DNA of 60,094 nucleotides, filler included, from Nanobdellati archaeon (GTDB taxonomy: Archaea; Nanobdellota; Nanobdellia; Woesearchaeales; JAADFO01), in NCBI GenBank assembly GCA_013152815.1. It is 4 parts of 4 records of this genome, joined end to end, with 100 filler letters (N's around TTAATTAATTAA, not from the genome) between each part and the next. Parts side by side here need not be neighbours in the genome. Positions count along the whole stretch, not along the records: positions 55,871 to 60,094 come from JAADFO010000065.1; 3 more parts are not named here. One strand, given 5' to 3'. The position numbers and the translations under genes are program-made. The notes under the pieces are model-generated. The model was given only the letters and a program-made list of their open reading frames with translations, searched no databases and was not told where the DNA came from. Positions within the stretch are counted from its first letter, which is position 1; every line of letters starts with the position of its first letter. Shown one piece after another: positions 59,493 through 60,094 of this stretch.

Positions 59493-60094
59493 ATGAGACC
59501 TATCCTGCTGCTATTCTTTCTTACTTTGCTAGCCATAAGCATCCTTCTCATGGGCTGCGGTTCACCTGAACAGCAACAGCAAACAACTCCGGGCAGCCAG
59601 CCCGCTGCGACAGGGACGCCGCCTGCACAGGGCACAGGCCAGGAGCAGAAAGCTCCGGACAAGCAGACAGTGGAACAGGCCAAGGAAGCGTCCTTGATCA
59701 ACATACAGATCATGAACAATGCCCTCAGACAGGCTGACCCTGACCTCTGCAAGCAGATCGATGACGAAAACATCAGGAACGGCTGCCTGAACCGGGTCAT
59801 CAAGGTGAAAGCATTGAGCAGCAGGGACATGGTCATGTGCGACCAGATCACCGACCAGGACCTGCAGCTGTCCTGCAGGAACGAGGTCAACCAGATCCTC
59901 ATCTCCCTGAACAACAGGGATGCTCCCCGGGTCAATACACAGGAGCCGACCGCAGACTGCGACAGCTTCACCGAGCCGGCAGAGAGACAGAACTGCCTCG
60001 ACCTCTCCACCAAGACAAAGGCTTTGGACCAGGGAGATGCGCTCCTCTGCGACCAGATCAGGGATGAGGCCATGAAGACCAGCTGCAAGGACAA
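59493..60094 (+). CDS. Putative lipoprotein with Cys-pair helical repeats, runs off the window end (not in ORF track)
   Basis: Manual translation MRPILLLFFLTLLAISILLMGC...; four D...C..I.D......C-type repeats; no stop before 60094. Confidence 0.8.
   Translation, partial: MRPILLLFFLTLLAISILLMGCGSPEQQQQTTPGSQPAATGTPPAQGTGQEQKAPDKQTVEQAKEASLINIQIMNNALRQADPDLCKQIDDENIRNGCLNRVIKVKALSSRDMVMCDQITDQDLQLSCRNEVNQILISLNNRDAPRVNTQEPTADCDSFTEPAERQNCLDLSTKTKALDQGDALLCDQIRDEAMKTSCKD

Noticed and set aside
1..60094. CRISPR array, diversity-generating retroelement, rRNA, transposase or integrase genes
   Set aside because: No regularly spaced repeat-spacer array, reverse transcriptase, rRNA or recombinase motifs were seen.
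59417..60094. 225-aa minus-strand ORF
   Set aside because: Antisense to the plus-strand lipoprotein starting at 59493, which has a signal peptide and coherent repeats.

Overview
A 60-kb stretch of an archaeal metagenome-assembled genome. Gene content (archaeal-type GAPDH, DnaG, TrpRS, NAC, Sec61-beta, presenilin-like protease, PGF-pre-PGF surface protein, TATA-type promoters) points to a DPANN lineage, most likely Woesearchaeota; this is inference. Three N-padded TTAATTAATTAA linkers (18144-18243, 36842-36941, 55771-55870) join separate contigs, so adjacency across them is not biological; a plain N gap lies at 58323-58378. The window holds a sugar-phosphate/gluconeogenesis cluster (FBPase I, class I aldolase, GAPDH, alanine dehydrogenase, ROK kinase), housekeeping genes (smc, rnhB, dus, dnaG, trpS, pdxST, NAD kinase, aminotransferase, minD), several large Cys/Asp-rich secreted proteins, glycosylation genes, and three RNA genes (SRP RNA, RNase P RNA, tRNA-His). 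The most notable signals outside routine annotation are: a ~390-nt helix-rich non-coding region in front of dnaG; an AT-rich, integrase-less two-gene islet (DUF5678-like protein plus retropepsin-like protease) bounded by a 16-bp duplication of the SRP RNA 3' end; two families of hairpin-rich MITE-like elements with GGC termini and ~9-bp target duplications; a stand-alone HPF/RaiA-like protein; a parvulin-thioredoxin fusion beside a CxxT DsbA-like gene; a ligand-less MBL-fold protein; and a dockerin-bearing gene broken by a 4-bp deletion.
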